This document shows positions 13,170 to 25,950 of a stretch of 64,000 nt of DNA, piece after piece. Each line of letters starts with the position of its first letter. Position 1 is the first letter of the stretch. Location of the stretch: contig NC_045697.1 in NCBI RefSeq assembly GCF_009834535.1, positions 51,586,001 to 51,650,000 of the forward strand, written 5' to 3'. The notes under the pieces are model-generated. The model had not been told where the DNA came from, did not search any database, and saw only the letters and a program-made list of their open reading frames with translations. The translations under genes and the position numbers were made by a program. This DNA comes from Camelus ferus. Lineage: Eukaryota.

Positions 13170-16100
13170 GGGGAGTGGCCAAGATGGCAGAGTAGGAAGA
13201 CCCTGAGCTCATCTCCTCCCATGGGCACACTAAAATGACAACTACTGACAGAGCAACTATCAATGGAAAAACCAGAAGACTAGCGGAAAATATCTACAAC
13301 TAAAGATAGAAAGAAGAAACCACAACAAGATGGATGAGAGGGCAGAGACATCGTTCAAGTTAAGACCTGGGGTGGGCAACCCACCAATGAGAGGATGATG
13401 ATAACTGCAGAGGGTCTCCCTAAGGAGCAAGTGATCTGAGCCCCACATCAGGCTCCCCAGACTGGGGATCCTACACCCAAAAGCCAAGCTCCCAGAGCTT
13501 TTGGTTTTTAAGGCCAGTGAGGCTTCCTTTTGGGCGAGCCAGAGGACTGAGGGAAATAGAGATTCCACTCTTAAAAGGCACACACAAAATCTCACATGCT
13601 CTGGGATCCAGGGCAGAAGCAGTAATTTGAAAGAAGCCTGGGTCATACCCACTTGCTGATCTTGGAGAGCCTCCCAGAGAGGGGCAACTGGAGCTCACCC
13701 TGGGGCCACAGACACTGGGGGGAGCCATTTGGGGAGCTGGTTCTACCACATGGACGCTGAGGCTGTCAAGCACCACTTTGGAGTCTTTCCTTGAGCCTAT
13801 TAGTGCCAGGACCTGGCTCCACCCACCAGCCTTTTGGCATCAGTACACAGACACCTCAGGCCAAATAACTAGTAGGGCAGAGAGAGAGCCCCACCAACCA
13901 GCAGGCCTGCTGCCTTATGACCCCTGAACCCACAGGACCCTGGGACCTGGTCCCACCCATCAGGGGGCTTTTATTGGCCCTGAGACCAGCCTCACTCACC
14001 AGACACTATCCTTAGGACCCTTGGCTCCCCGTTCTGCTTGCCAGAGAACTGAAACACCAACTCTGAGGTCCTCAGGGCCCTGCAGCCAAAGATACTGGGA
14101 CCCAGATTTGCCCTACCAGTGAGCTGGCACAACCCTGGGATATCCTAGGCCTCAGCCCATCCACCAGTGGGGCAACATTAGCACAGGACCCCTGAGCCCT
14201 GCAGCCAGAGAACCCAGGTCCTGACTTCACCCACCAGTGGGCCAGCACTAGCCCGAGGACTCACCCTATCCACCAGTGGGCCAACACCAGCTTTGGGACA
14301 CCCCAGACCCCTTATCCAGCCATGTCAGGAACTGGCCTTGCCCACCAGCAAGCCAACATTAAATCTGGGACCCCCAGCCCCACAACCACTCATTCCAGAA
14401 CCCAGCTCTGCCCACCAGTGAGCCAGAATTATGCCCAGGCCCCCCCTGGGGCCCCACAGCCAGCAACCTCATGACTTGGCCCTGCCAACCAGTAGCTGGC
14501 AGCCTCCACACAAGGCTGGGCCTGACAACCAACCAGACTGGGGCCCAGCCACCCTTACAAGACCACCTACAGTAGTCAGCCTGCCACAACAGAAGGGCCT
14601 ATGCAGCCCAAATAGGGGTACCCCTAGAGCAAACAGCTCTGGTGATCAGAGGGGATTGTGCTTTTGGGAAGCACAGGACAGGATGTCTTTTCTCTACTAC
14701 AAAAGGCCATCTCTCTAAGTTTAGGAAACATAACCAATCTACCAGACACATAATAAAAGCAGCCAATTAGGCAAAATGAAGTGACAGAGGAATATCTTCC
14801 AAAAGAAGGAATAGGCTAAAACCTCAGAAGAACTAGGTGAAGTGGAGATAGGTTGCCTACCCTATACAGAGTTCAAGGTAATGATTGTAAGGATGTTCAA
14901 AGAACTTGGAAGAAGATTGGGTGAACAGAGTAAGAAGTTAGAAGTTTTTAACAAAGAGTTAGAAACTATAAAGAAGAACCAGAGATGAAGAATACAATAA
15001 CTGAAATTAAAAGAAAAAATACACTAGAAGAAATCAGCAGTAAATTAAACATACAGAGGAATGGATAAGGGATCTGGAAGACAGAGTAGTGGAAATCAGT
15101 GAAGATGACCAAAAAAAAAAAAAGAAAGAAAAAACCGGGATAATGTAAGAGACTTCTGCTACAACAAACATATTAACATGTGTATTACAGTGGTCCCACA
15201 AGGAGAAGAGAGAGAGAAAGGGGTAGAGAAAATATTTAAAGACATAATAGCTGAAAGCTAACCTAATCCAGGAAAGGAAACAGATATTCAGGTCCAGAAA
15301 GCACAGAAAGTCCCAAACAAAATCAACTCAAAGATGACTACACCAAGAGACATTGTAATTAAAATGGCAACAATTAAAGATAAAGAGAGAATATTGAAAG
15401 CGTCAAGGGAACTTCCATAAGGCTATCAGCTGACTTTGCAGCAGAAACTCTGCAGGCCAGAAGGGAGTGTCATGACAGATTGAAAGTTATGAAAGTGAAA
15501 AACCTACAATTGAGAATACCCTGCCCAGCATGGCTCTCATTCAGATTGATGGTGAGACCAAAAGTTTTACAGCCAAACAAAAGCTGAAAAAGTTCAGCAC
15601 CACCAAACCAAGTTTACAAGAAATGTAAACGTGACTTCTCTAAGCGAAAAAGGAAAGGCCACACTAGAAATATGAAAATTATGAAAGGAAAAATCTCATT
15701 GGTAAAGGCAAATATACAATAAAAGTGGTAAATCAGCCATGTATGAAGCTGGTAGAAAGGTTAAAAGACAAAAGTAGTAAAACCATCTATATCTGCAATG
15801 GATAGTTAAGGGATACACAAGACAAAATGATGTGAAATGCGATGTTAAAACAGTAAGCATGGGGAATTAAAACGCAGGGTTGTTAAAATGAGTTTGAATG
15901 TAAGAGATCAGCAACTTAAGATAATTGCACATATACAGATAGATGGCTCTGTACATTGTGGGGAGTATAGTAACTAACTACGTAGCATCTTTGTGTGGTG
16001 ACGTATATTATTGTGAACATTTGGAAATATGTAGAAAATACCAAATCACCGTGTTGTGTTACAGGAACTAACATAGAGTTGTAGGTCAGTTATAGTACAA

Positions 16101-16493
16101 AAACAAGCAAACAAACAAACTTGTAGAAAAGGGGATCAGATTTGTGGTTACCAGAGGCCGAGGGTGGGAGGAAGGGGAACTGAATGGAGGAAGTAAAAGG
16201 TACAAACTTTCAGTTATAAGATAAATAAGTACTAGGGTTGTAATGTACACAATAAATATAATTTACACTGCTGTACGTTATATATGAAAGTTGTCAAGAG
16301 AGTAAATCTTAAAAGTTCTTATTACAAGGAAAAAATAATTTTTCCTTTTTCTTTAATTTTATTTCTATATGAGATGATGGATATTCACTAAACTTGTGAT
16401 AATCATTTCATGATGTAAGTCAAATTATTATGCTGTATACCTTAAACTTAGCCAGAGCCATATGTCAGTTATATCTCAATAAAACTGGAAGGA
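13170..16493 (+). mobile_element. L1-derived element lacking ORF2 (HAL1-like): 5'UTR, decayed ORF1, spacer, 3'UTR
   Basis: Starts GGGGAGTGGCCAAGATGGCAG (YY1-type L1 5' end). ORF1 relic runs about 14776-15643 and the inter-ORF spacer to about 15950, followed directly by L1 3'UTR ending CTCAATAAAACTGGAAGGAAAA. Degenerate TSD AAAATAAGGTGTCAA (13151-13165) / AAAAGTAGATGTCAA (16494-16508), 12/15 identical. Confidence 0.85.
14776..15643 (+). pseudogene. L1 ORF1p pseudo-ORF inside the HAL1-like element
   Basis: ATG AAG TGA start. Recognisable ORF1 motifs (CTGGAAGACAGAGTAGTGGAAATC, ACACCAAGAGACATTGTAATTAAAATGGCA, AGGCTATCAGCTGACTTT, CAGGCCAGAAGGGAGTG) are broken by stops and frameshifts. It has a ~25-bp deletion after CAAGGGA (~15410) relative to the ORF1 copy at 39.7 kb. 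Confidence 0.8.
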
Positions 16494-19400
16494 AAAAGTA
16501 GATGTCAAGATTTTAATGAAAAAGGAAAACATGCCTCTAAACTCAAATTCCCTTGGATTACAGGACAGAAGTAATATGTTCTAGATTTTTACAGTGTTTA
16601 CTTCTAGATTGACTGAGCAAATGTGAATGGATTCAAAAACATTTTAGCAAATTCTTAAGTATTTTTAAAAGTTGTGAATACAAAAGCCCCCATACACCTC
16701 TTTTTCCTTTCCTATTTTAAAGGAGAACCCTGAGGCTTTTCTATGACATGTCTCTCCTGGGTATAGAGTGGGGCACATGACTTCTAGCCACATGTATAGT
16801 CTACATATGGGATGGGACATACGTTGTGCCATGCACACAGGCAGCACTTAATAATTGTTTGTTGAGCTGAAATTAGTGTTAGCACTTGGAAAGTATTTAT
16901 CTGAATGAATGAATGGATGCTGACCCATGAATAATGCCCTTTTGTTGCCTGTCAAGTTATTCAATATGCATTAGCATGAAATATTGAAAATTTAGTCTTG
17001 TCCTTGAAGTCTGTTCAAAGAAATAAAGTTTCTTTCTTTAAATTCACTAACTATCCCAATTTCAAAGACCATAAATATATACTCTATAGAGCAAATAGCA
17101 CTTGATGAATAAAAAAGAACACATACTTGACCTTTACAGCAACCAAGTAAATGCCTGCTTTTCCTCAGCAGAGAATCTTGGACACGACTTTATTACGTTC
17201 GTTAAAAGAAACAAAATGGTAATTTATCATTTCTATAATGGAGAAAAGTATTTCATTTTCGTGGAACTTAAAGATTATTCAATTGATTTTCCTCACACTT
17301 TTTAATAAAAAATGGGCAGAGGTTAAAGACTGAATGTTTCAATTTAATGTGATTTTTTTTTCAGGAGTAACAGCCAACTGTGCATTAACTGTATAAATGG
17401 AAATCATATCCTCCCTACCCTGGTGTCTTTGTATGAAGCTATCTTTGAATCCTTTCCTGGGAAGACTTTATCAGAAACATACCAGCTTTGAGATACTTGG
17501 GTCAGTAATTGCCTTAGATGGGGTTCAAATTAAGCTTATTTCTATTGTGTATTGAAGGGTGTTCTATCACATGTTCAGACTCCTAGTAGCAATATTTGTG
17601 ACTACTCAGCAGATCGCACAGAATCCTAAACAAGCTAGGACATGCTTCAGATTGACCAGAAAATGCTTTTTTGAAAATGAGTTTAGTTTGTACATGCAGA
17701 AACATTCTCACCTCTATTGTTCAGTAAATTTTTAAAGAAAATGACAAAAGAGAGTTTTGAAGAAAGAAAAGGCAGTAAGGGGGGTGGTGAGTCTGTTCCT
17801 CCATGCAGAGGGAAAAGAGAAAAATAAAAGGAGAAATATGAGTGTTGGAAAGGGCAATGGAGATAATTTATGCGTAGTTTACCGCCTCCATTTTATAACT
17901 TACCAAAATGAGTTCTAGGAAGACAAATGACTTGCCAGACTCAGTCTGTGTCGAACAGAGCTGGGACTTCAATTCTGAACTTCATGTTACTTATCTATAA
18001 TAGGATACCTTAAATTAACATAACCCTAGGCATCTGGAATTTTGGAAGAATTATGTGAAACTGAGTATGAGATGTTTAGTCCTGCCGAGAAAATGGAGCC
18101 GTTCTTCAATATTCTAATGCTACTTGGGGAATGCCTCCTCTGAAAATCCTCCCCATACAAATGACATTTGGGGACGCGTAGAGGGAAGATGAGAGCATCC
18201 GCTTTTCTTCGTTAACATCAAAGTAGGGTGGGTATGTTGAAGTATGGCGTCCAGTGAAGAAAGAGTCAAACATAAAATAACACTGCATGTTCTTTAATGC
18301 CCACATAGTAATAAATAAAGAATTGCACAGAAATAATAGACACCTAGTTCAGGATATTAGTTAATTAAAGGTTGAGAAAGGGTGAAAATCTGAGAGGAGT
18401 AAATGGAGTATTTTTTTATAACAATGCTTTATTTTAAGCTGCATACATTATTCTTTAAACCTTTGTGTATCTTAAATATTGTACAATAACTTTTTACAAG
18501 ATTGTGCGAGAGTAGTCTTTAATTTAGGATGTGGTCATAAACTTCATGTCTACCTATGCTCAGATACATTTCTTTTCCCATCCTATCTTCCAAGTACTGA
18601 TTTAAGACACAAAGATATAATATTCATATTGTTTCAATTGTCAAAATTTAAAATTTCACATTATGGGCCTTATTTTCAGAGTTTCTATTAAGTGACCTCT
18701 CTCCTCTCTCCTGCTCCAGCTCTCACGACCTGTTTCCACCTGCTTCTGCCTGGGCCCTGGTCTCTTAGGCCCACACCCTCACCATCTCATCTAAACTCAG
18801 ATCAGCACTCTCATGCATACTTGCTTGCCTGTCTCCCTTTCTCACTGGTGGGGAGAATCCATTTCACTAGGTTCAATGTTCTGAAAGTGCCTACTATGTA
18901 CTAAGGGCATCACTAAGCCCTTTCTCCTAACTTTTTCATACCAAAAATAGAGGCTGCTGCCTGTCTTTATCACCTGGCTCATGTTATATTTAAACCATCT
19001 GGGGGGAAAAAAGAAGTTCTACTTAGGTCAATCAAGTGTCCATCCAGGTTTGAAGATGCTATCATGCAGATTCCTGTCTCAAAGATCTCGTGGGAGTGAT
19101 CATAAACTGTGAGGCTGTGTCCTACGGCACTACATTGCACTCCAGATGCGGATCACAGTGGTCACACTTCTCAGGAAACATCATGGGTGCAGAGTGAAAG
19201 TCAAGGCCAAGTTTGTACCCTTTCACAATGAAAAAAACCTAGATGCCAGCATAGAGATGTCACAAAAGAGACATCAAACCTGAACTCTTATTTTCTTCAT
19301 CTCTTCAATCGAACCTGTCACTTTAGCCTGTGTCACGAGGCAAGCAAACACCCCACGAGGACAGAGCTAGTTTAATTTCTAACGATGGCAGCCAAGGTAT

Positions 19401-20239
19401 GTCCAACATCAGGGTCAGATGTTATAAACTCTAGAAATTCCCAGGAGTACATGTTCTGCTTTGAGATTATCCACTTAACGAGGACGTGAAAGATGTCAGC
19501 TTTCCTGATTGGCCTCCACTACAAACCTTGATGTTAGTGGGAAAAAAAAGTAAATGTCCGTGTTTCCCGTCTGCTGGTCTCCAATGCCCTAAGTCTGGAG
19601 ACAGTTTTCAGTGGAGGCATTCCTCTTTTACGATCCCATATTATTTTGGCTCAGCAGCCTGTGGCATCATAAAAGTCGTTACTCAAAACAACTGGTAGCT
19701 AAACCACAGAGGCATAGGCTTTTCCACGCTGCCAACTGGGAGGGGCAGTGGAGAATCTGGCCTGACCCGCCGAACTTCTGATGGGATTACGCTGGACAGG
19801 CTAGAACAGCTCAGCTACATAACCCCCTAGCTTCTTGGCTTGAAAACTGGGAGGATCATGTACGGGCAGTAGGATCTGAGAATGAATCTAGTTATCACCT
19901 TCTGGTTTCTTTGATGTCACCTTAGGCTAGTTTTTAGCCTGGGAAAACTATTAACAATGGAAAGAGGTGGGTGATAACCGAGGCAAGGTCCCCAAGAAAC
20001 GCCTGAAGCTTCAGGTTGGGTTTCAAATTGCACATGTAGGGATTGTGAAGGAGTTTCATGATGATGATATAAGGGATGGTTTGGACTGTGTAAGATGTAA
20101 TTTTTATTCTTTAAAACTAACCTTTTTTTAAAAAAATTGTTTGTTTGTGAATTACAAGCTTGTTGTGAATTTTTTCTTCACTTCCAGTTTCTGATTCCTA
20201 TTGATTTGAAGAGCTGTGTCTGCCTACATGAGTGTGTTT

Positions 20240-20400
20240 ATTACTCTGCAGTTGTGACTCGGCACTAAACACATACACTAATTTTAGTTCTCACAAAAAT
20301 CTCACGAGGATGGTGGCATTATCATCACTATTCTATAAACGAAATTGACTCAGGGAAGTTAAACAAGTTACTCAGAAATACATAGTGATTATGTCAAGTG
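20240..20400 (-). mobile_element. MIR SINE
   Basis: TCTCACAAAAATCTCACGAGGATGGTGGCATTATCATCACTATTCTATAAACGAAATTGACTCAGGGAAGTTAA is an antisense MIR core. Confidence 0.6.
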
Positions 20401-22083
20401 CTGTTTTGTAACTAAAGAGAGTTAATTCTTGTTTGGTTGAAATTTGTAGCCTTTAAAGTAAGTAGATATTTGTGTTCAAAGAAATATTCCTGTACATGTT
20501 TAGGGCTTTTTAAATTTTTCTCCCTGTAATGTAGATAGACTTAAGTGGTGAGTAAAATGTCTAAAGAACAGATAATTGGAGAGCTCTATTTTATTTCCAG
20601 TTTCTGTGCATGTGTAATTTTGTATCTAAATTTCTTTTCTGAATTTCTCTCTAGCACAAATAACAATGCGATAAATATTTTAGTGGCTAATTTTCTTGTG
20701 TATTTTTAAGAGTTTCCTTAGAACAGATCCACACAGATAATGAATGGGTCAAAAGGGGTATGAAGATTTTTAAAGTTATTGTTGCACATGCTAAACAATT
20801 TTCTTATGTGCTATAAAAATAATATTGGATGTGAGTTGTATTATCTGTACAATTATATATGTGTGTATATATTTCAGTGTATATATATATGTACTATATA
20901 TGTGTATATATACCATATATATGTTTATATTACCTCTACAATTACAAATCCATATAAAATTAGAAATAATGTCAGTATATTTCAATTTAACTAACAGAGT
21001 TAAATGTTGATAATTTAGGAAACCTGGGAAATATTTCTCTAGTAACTGAAGAGGTAGAAAGAGATACTTTTGAAAAAGAACAAAAATTATTTTTAATAGA
21101 TACATTACTTCAGATAGGCTCTCATAGCATTGACAAAAGATGTATTTTTATCTAATTAAATATCTCTACCATACTGGTAAATAACTCAGCAGCAGAAAAT
21201 TAGATAAGATTTTAGAAATTTGGAACACTGACCACAAAATGTTGGGCCACAAAAGGGATCATAATTTGAGCTGAAGCAAGAATTTTTCAAATGTGACCTA
21301 AATTGAACCACTGTGGGAGTCATCCCCTGGCATTTTGTGGTCACCCTCATTCATCATCTTCTAAACATGCCCCAAGCAGAGGAATTCCCAGGTATGTGAC
21401 TCTGAAACTCAATCACCATAAATGATTCCTAAACTACTAAACTGATTCCAATAAGAAGAAGTATCTTCAGAGATGATGTGTGTCACAAATCTAAGTAAAT
21501 TTAGAAACTAAGAGGATGTCTCAGTAAAATGCCGAATAAGTGAGCAAGAATATGTAAATAAGGTAGCCTAGTTTTATGCATTATTTGAACATATATGAAT
21601 CTCGATAAAATTAAAACAAAATGCTGGTTTCCTGCATTTTAAAAAAAATTTACAACTTCTGGATTTTTCTCAAATTCAGGTCATATAGATATTATAGAAA
21701 ATCAGGTCTGGAAATTATGCTTGGCTTATACAAGTTAAGAGTGATTAAAATGACATTCAGCAGTTGTTATTTATTGTCAACAAAATGATGGGATGAGTTA
21801 TTACTAATATTTGTATTTAACATATTGTTATAGTTACTTTATAAAGACGCTCTTCCTCTTCTCTAGATATAGTGACGTTTTGAATGTTTCCCTAGTCCTT
21901 TCTGAGGCCCCAGAGACTGAACATGCCCTGTCAGCCTCCCTACTGTGCCACTCGACCATGGGTACCACATTGCAAGTACCCAACGGGTTTGCTCCCTTTT
22001 CTAGGGCCCTCCCAGAAAGGAAGGGCAGAGTCTGCCTCAGGCCTTGTGTCACCAAACTTATGTGTGTTCAATCATCCTTCCCA

Positions 22084-22090
22084 CAACACA

Positions 22091-22124
<34 letters not shown>
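22084..22124 (+). repeat. (CA)n microsatellite
   Basis: About 19 CA units with one interruption. Confidence 0.95.
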
Positions 22125-22508
22125 TCGTGCCCCAACATGGCCGAGTGGATTTCTCTCTTCCCAATAGTAACCAACATGTCAGTCTCTACTCTATTTCAAC
22201 TGTCTCTTGTCACTCTTAGCCAATGGAACCCTAAGAGGTTTCTCTCCTTTTCAATACTTTCCAACTTTGGCCTTTTGTTAGGAATAATGAGAGACAAACT
22301 TAGTGTAATTCTTGAGTTTCAAGCAAATCTCTCTTGGTTCAAGTTCACCATGGAGTGTGGGAAACAGGCATAAATCTCATCCTCACCATCCACATTTTTA
22401 GTGGTGGACTCAAACACACTTTGAAAGCACATTGAAGTGGGAAATAAAGTTTACTTGATGATGAATGGATGTAGTAAACCATAGAATTCATTTCATCAGG
22501 TAAGCTAA

Positions 22509-23086
22509 TTTTTTTTAAATTGAAGTATAGTCGATTTATAATGTGTTAATTTCTGGTGTACAGCATAGTGATTCATTTATACATGTATATTCCTTTTCAT
22601 ATTCTTTTTCATTATAGGTTATTACAAGTATGGAATATAGTTCTCTGTGTTATACAGTAGGACCTTGTTGTTTATCTATTTTATATATAGTGGCTAGTAC
22701 CTACAAATCCCAAACTCCCAATTTATCCTTCCCCACCCTCTTTATCTCCTGGTAACCATAAATTTGTTTTCTATGTCTGTGAGTCTGTCTCTGTTTTGTA
22801 AATAAGGTTATTTGTGTCCTTTTTTGTTTTTTACAATCCACATATAAGTGATATCATATGGTATTTTTCTTTCTCTTTCTGGCTTACTTCACTTAGTATG
22901 ATGATCTCCAGGTCCATCCATGTTGCTGCAAATGGCATTATTTTATTCTTTTTTATGGATGATTAGTATTTCATTGTGTGTGTGTGTATGGATATACACA
23001 TACACACACACAATACAACTTCTTTATCCAGTCATCTATCATTGGACATTTAGGTTGCTTCCATGTCTTGGCTATTGTAAATAGTG
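22509..23086 (-). mobile_element. 5'-truncated lineage-specific L1 (3' end, ~0.58 kb)
   Basis: Poly-T, then AATTGAAGTATAGT..., ending GGCTATTGTAAATAGTG. Highly similar to the copies at 35.5 kb and 63.1 kb. Weak TSD AGGTAAGCT/AGTTAAGAT. Confidence 0.9.
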
Positions 23087-23199
23087 AGTTAAGATCTTTC
23101 TTGACCACTCTCCATTTCTACCTCACTCTGAAACCTAACATAGTATGTTGTACTGCAGTAAAATTATGTGTGAAGCCAACTTTCTCTTCTACCAGTTTA

Positions 23200-23318
23200 G
23201 AAACATCTCAAGTGGAAGAAGGAATTTTTTCTTACTCACCTTTCTATTCGTAGAACCTAGAAGAGTGCCTGGCCCTTAAGAACACTCAGTAAACTCTTGT
23301 GGAATGAATGAATAAATA
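23200..23318 (+). mobile_element. L2 3' end
   Basis: AGAACCTAGAAGAGTGCCTGGC...CACTCAGTAAACTCTTGTGGAATGAATGAAT. Confidence 0.75.
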
Positions 23319-23959
23319 GTGGTATTTTTGGTTTCAATGACTGAACTACCTCAATTTCACCTGATTGGCAGTTTTTGTGAATCACTTTAACACAGCCTGG
23401 CTGAAGTATAAAAATGCCAGGATGCTAGACCAATGATTAGGAGACAGGAGAGGGGGTGCACAGCAATTTTAGTAACAGAATCATGTTTTAATTTGTCCTT
23501 TTCTCATAAGCAAGTTTCATTCAAGAGTGTCCCAATTGTGAAACAAATGGGTCAGTTATGAGGTTACACAGAAGAATAAATCATCTTTTCAGTAATGTCA
23601 AGAAATATATTTATCTTTTCACCATCAATTTTGTTACCTATGATACACTAATATTAACTTGCTATCCTAAAATATACTAAACTATCTAATCTTTTAGAGT
23701 TTAAGTAATGGCTTTTATGCCATTATCACATCTAATCCTTAAAAAATATATTGAAATTTAAGAACTAATTATCAGGGAAATTAAGGGTCTTGATCATGGT
23801 GACACAGCTAGAAAGAGGCAAACTTGAATCTAAATATTATCACTTCAGACTATTCTTTCCATCATGTCATAGAAGCAAGACCCAAAGAGACTCAAAGATG
23901 AATCAGTCATAAACTATCCAAGAAGTTTATAGTCCACATAATAATTGAGCATGATCCAA

Positions 23960-24310
23960 GGTAGAAACTGGAAGTACCAACAGACAAATACAAGTGACTT
24001 GCAATAGGAGGGTAAAGGAGTAAAAGCTGATTTCTGCCTGGGGGGAGGGGAAAAGTTTTCACTGATTGGTGAATGAATGAGACTTTTAGGATGCCAAGGA
24101 TTTGGACATTTGGATGGTGGGGGAAGAAAATTTTAAGTTGAAGAAAGCACATAAGCAAGGCCAGAGCTTGTGCTGAGAACCACGGAACAGCAAGTGGCTT
24201 AGTTTGGCAGGATCCTGAGTGGGTGTAGTGCACAATATGATCAGAAAGGTCAGCTGGGGCCAGATTATGAAGGAAACTGAATTCCAGACTAAGGCATTCA
24301 AATTATTATG
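23960..24310 (-). mobile_element. L2 fragment
   Basis: Purine-rich antisense L2 motifs (AGCACATAAGCAAGGCCAGAG, GGGGCCAGATTATGAAGG). Confidence 0.55.
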
Positions 24311-24454
24311 AAGACAGTGATCACTGAGGGTGGATGCTTTCTGAGTGGACCATTGAAATTACTGAACAGGGGGAATGATACGCTTGGACTGTGGCCACTG
24401 AACTTGTATCCCCCATTTTTATCAAATCAAATATATGTGCACCTGGTTTTTTGG

Positions 24455-24464
24455 CTGACGTCAG
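24455..24464. promoter_or_regulatory. Full CRE palindrome (CTGACGTCAG)
   Basis: Perfect TGACGTCA at 24456-24463. This is a motif match only; function is unproven. Confidence 0.3.
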
Positions 24465-25199
24465 GAAATCCTTTGATATTTCCCCAGGGTAATATTTTCC
24501 TTGTACACCTCAGAAAGGGAAACTGAAGATCCTATGAGCATTTCCAAGAAATGGGCTGTCCCAGGGCAGTGAGCCCTGACTTCTGCCCGACAAAACAGGT
24601 CTGCTTTGAGCCGGGTGTGCGCTGCACACATTCAATTGATAGCAATGGGAAAAGCAGATATTCCATCTGCCAACAATCAAACACATAAAATCACACAGGA
24701 ATGTACAGTATGCTGGTTTGAACTACATAGGCGTTTGCCTCAACCAGAGGGAAAAGACCTGCCCATTTATGTCCCCTGGTAAGGACATTAGTGAGGAAAA
24801 GCTTTGATGTTTAAGCAATCATATAATTGACTCTACTGTTGGATCCAGAAGTCCAGGGTTGGTTTCAGGAATGAACACTGAACATTTTTAATGGCACCAT
24901 GAATAAACAGAGGCATGTGGTGAAAAATCTGAAGTAGATAGACTATTATCTGTAAAATATTCTGATTATGCAGATTTTAAGCTTTGCCTTTTAAAATTTA
25001 TGTTGCCAGTGTTGCTACATTTAAGTTTTAGGATCTGGATCCTTGGGAATCTAAAAACCAGCATAGATCAAGTGTGATTGTGTAAGTTTTGTACAAGGTA
25101 GATGGAAAGGATTGAGATGACTGCAGGAGGACACATGTGTCCTTGGATTTTACGGTTAGAATTGGAGCCAGTTTCTCATTCTTTTACTTCACCCCATGT

Positions 25200-25950
25200 A
25201 TCCACTGAATTTTCACAGCCCTATCAATTCATCTTTGATAAAACTACAACTGTCTGCTCTTTCCTGTTGCCAGTTTACTCCAGGAATTCATCACCTTCTT
25301 CCTGGGTTAGTGTCATAGTTTCCTAACTGATTTTCCTGCCTCCAGTCTCTTCTTTCTCCTCTCCAACCTGCTCACTGTTTTTAACTCTATCCCACATGCA
25401 ATCCACTCCAAACTAGCATTTTAAAAATACTACTCTTGCTCTATTACTCGTCTGTTCATACCACCTGACGCTTCCTCGTTGCCTGCTGTACAGCTGGGCG
25501 TTCAGCGTACTGCTGGTGAAAGCGCAGCAAGTGGCTGATACTCTTCTGTCCCAGTGTCTCCCAACACACCCCTGCACTGCGCCGCGATTTTCACATTTTT
25601 CTGGGCTGTTTTCCCTCCCATCTTATCTTTTGGTTAATACGCTCTTTCCTCTAACGTTCCTCTTTGTCAGCTTAAATCTCAACTTTTCCACGGTTACTCC
25701 AGTTCTTATTGGTTTCTAAGTTTTCAGAATGCCTTTCCAAATTTATGTCTGAACTTCTAACTCTAGCACTAAATTATGGACTGTCTTACTTGGTTATTAA
25801 ACCATATTACATCTGAGTCTTGTCCCCTAAAGCAATTTTATGTGCTATTAAGTCAAGGATCATTTGTGGTTCCACTTTTGTTACCTCCAGTGTTCAGCAG
25901 CTTTATAGAGTGACTTCAAAATAAATGCTTTAAAAAAGAATTGAATAGAA
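25200..25950 (+). mobile_element. L2 fragments, including the 3' end
   Basis: CATAGTTTCCTAACTGATTTTCCTGCCTCCAGTCTC and a tail-like CCTCCAGTGTTCAGCA...AATAAATGCTT. Confidence 0.6.

Noticed and set aside
13260..14718. Several GC-rich ORFs, and a spaced-repeat pattern superficially like a CRISPR array
   Set aside because: They fall in the L1-type 5'UTR tandem array. The units are degenerate with related rather than unique spacers, in mammalian DNA with no cas genes.
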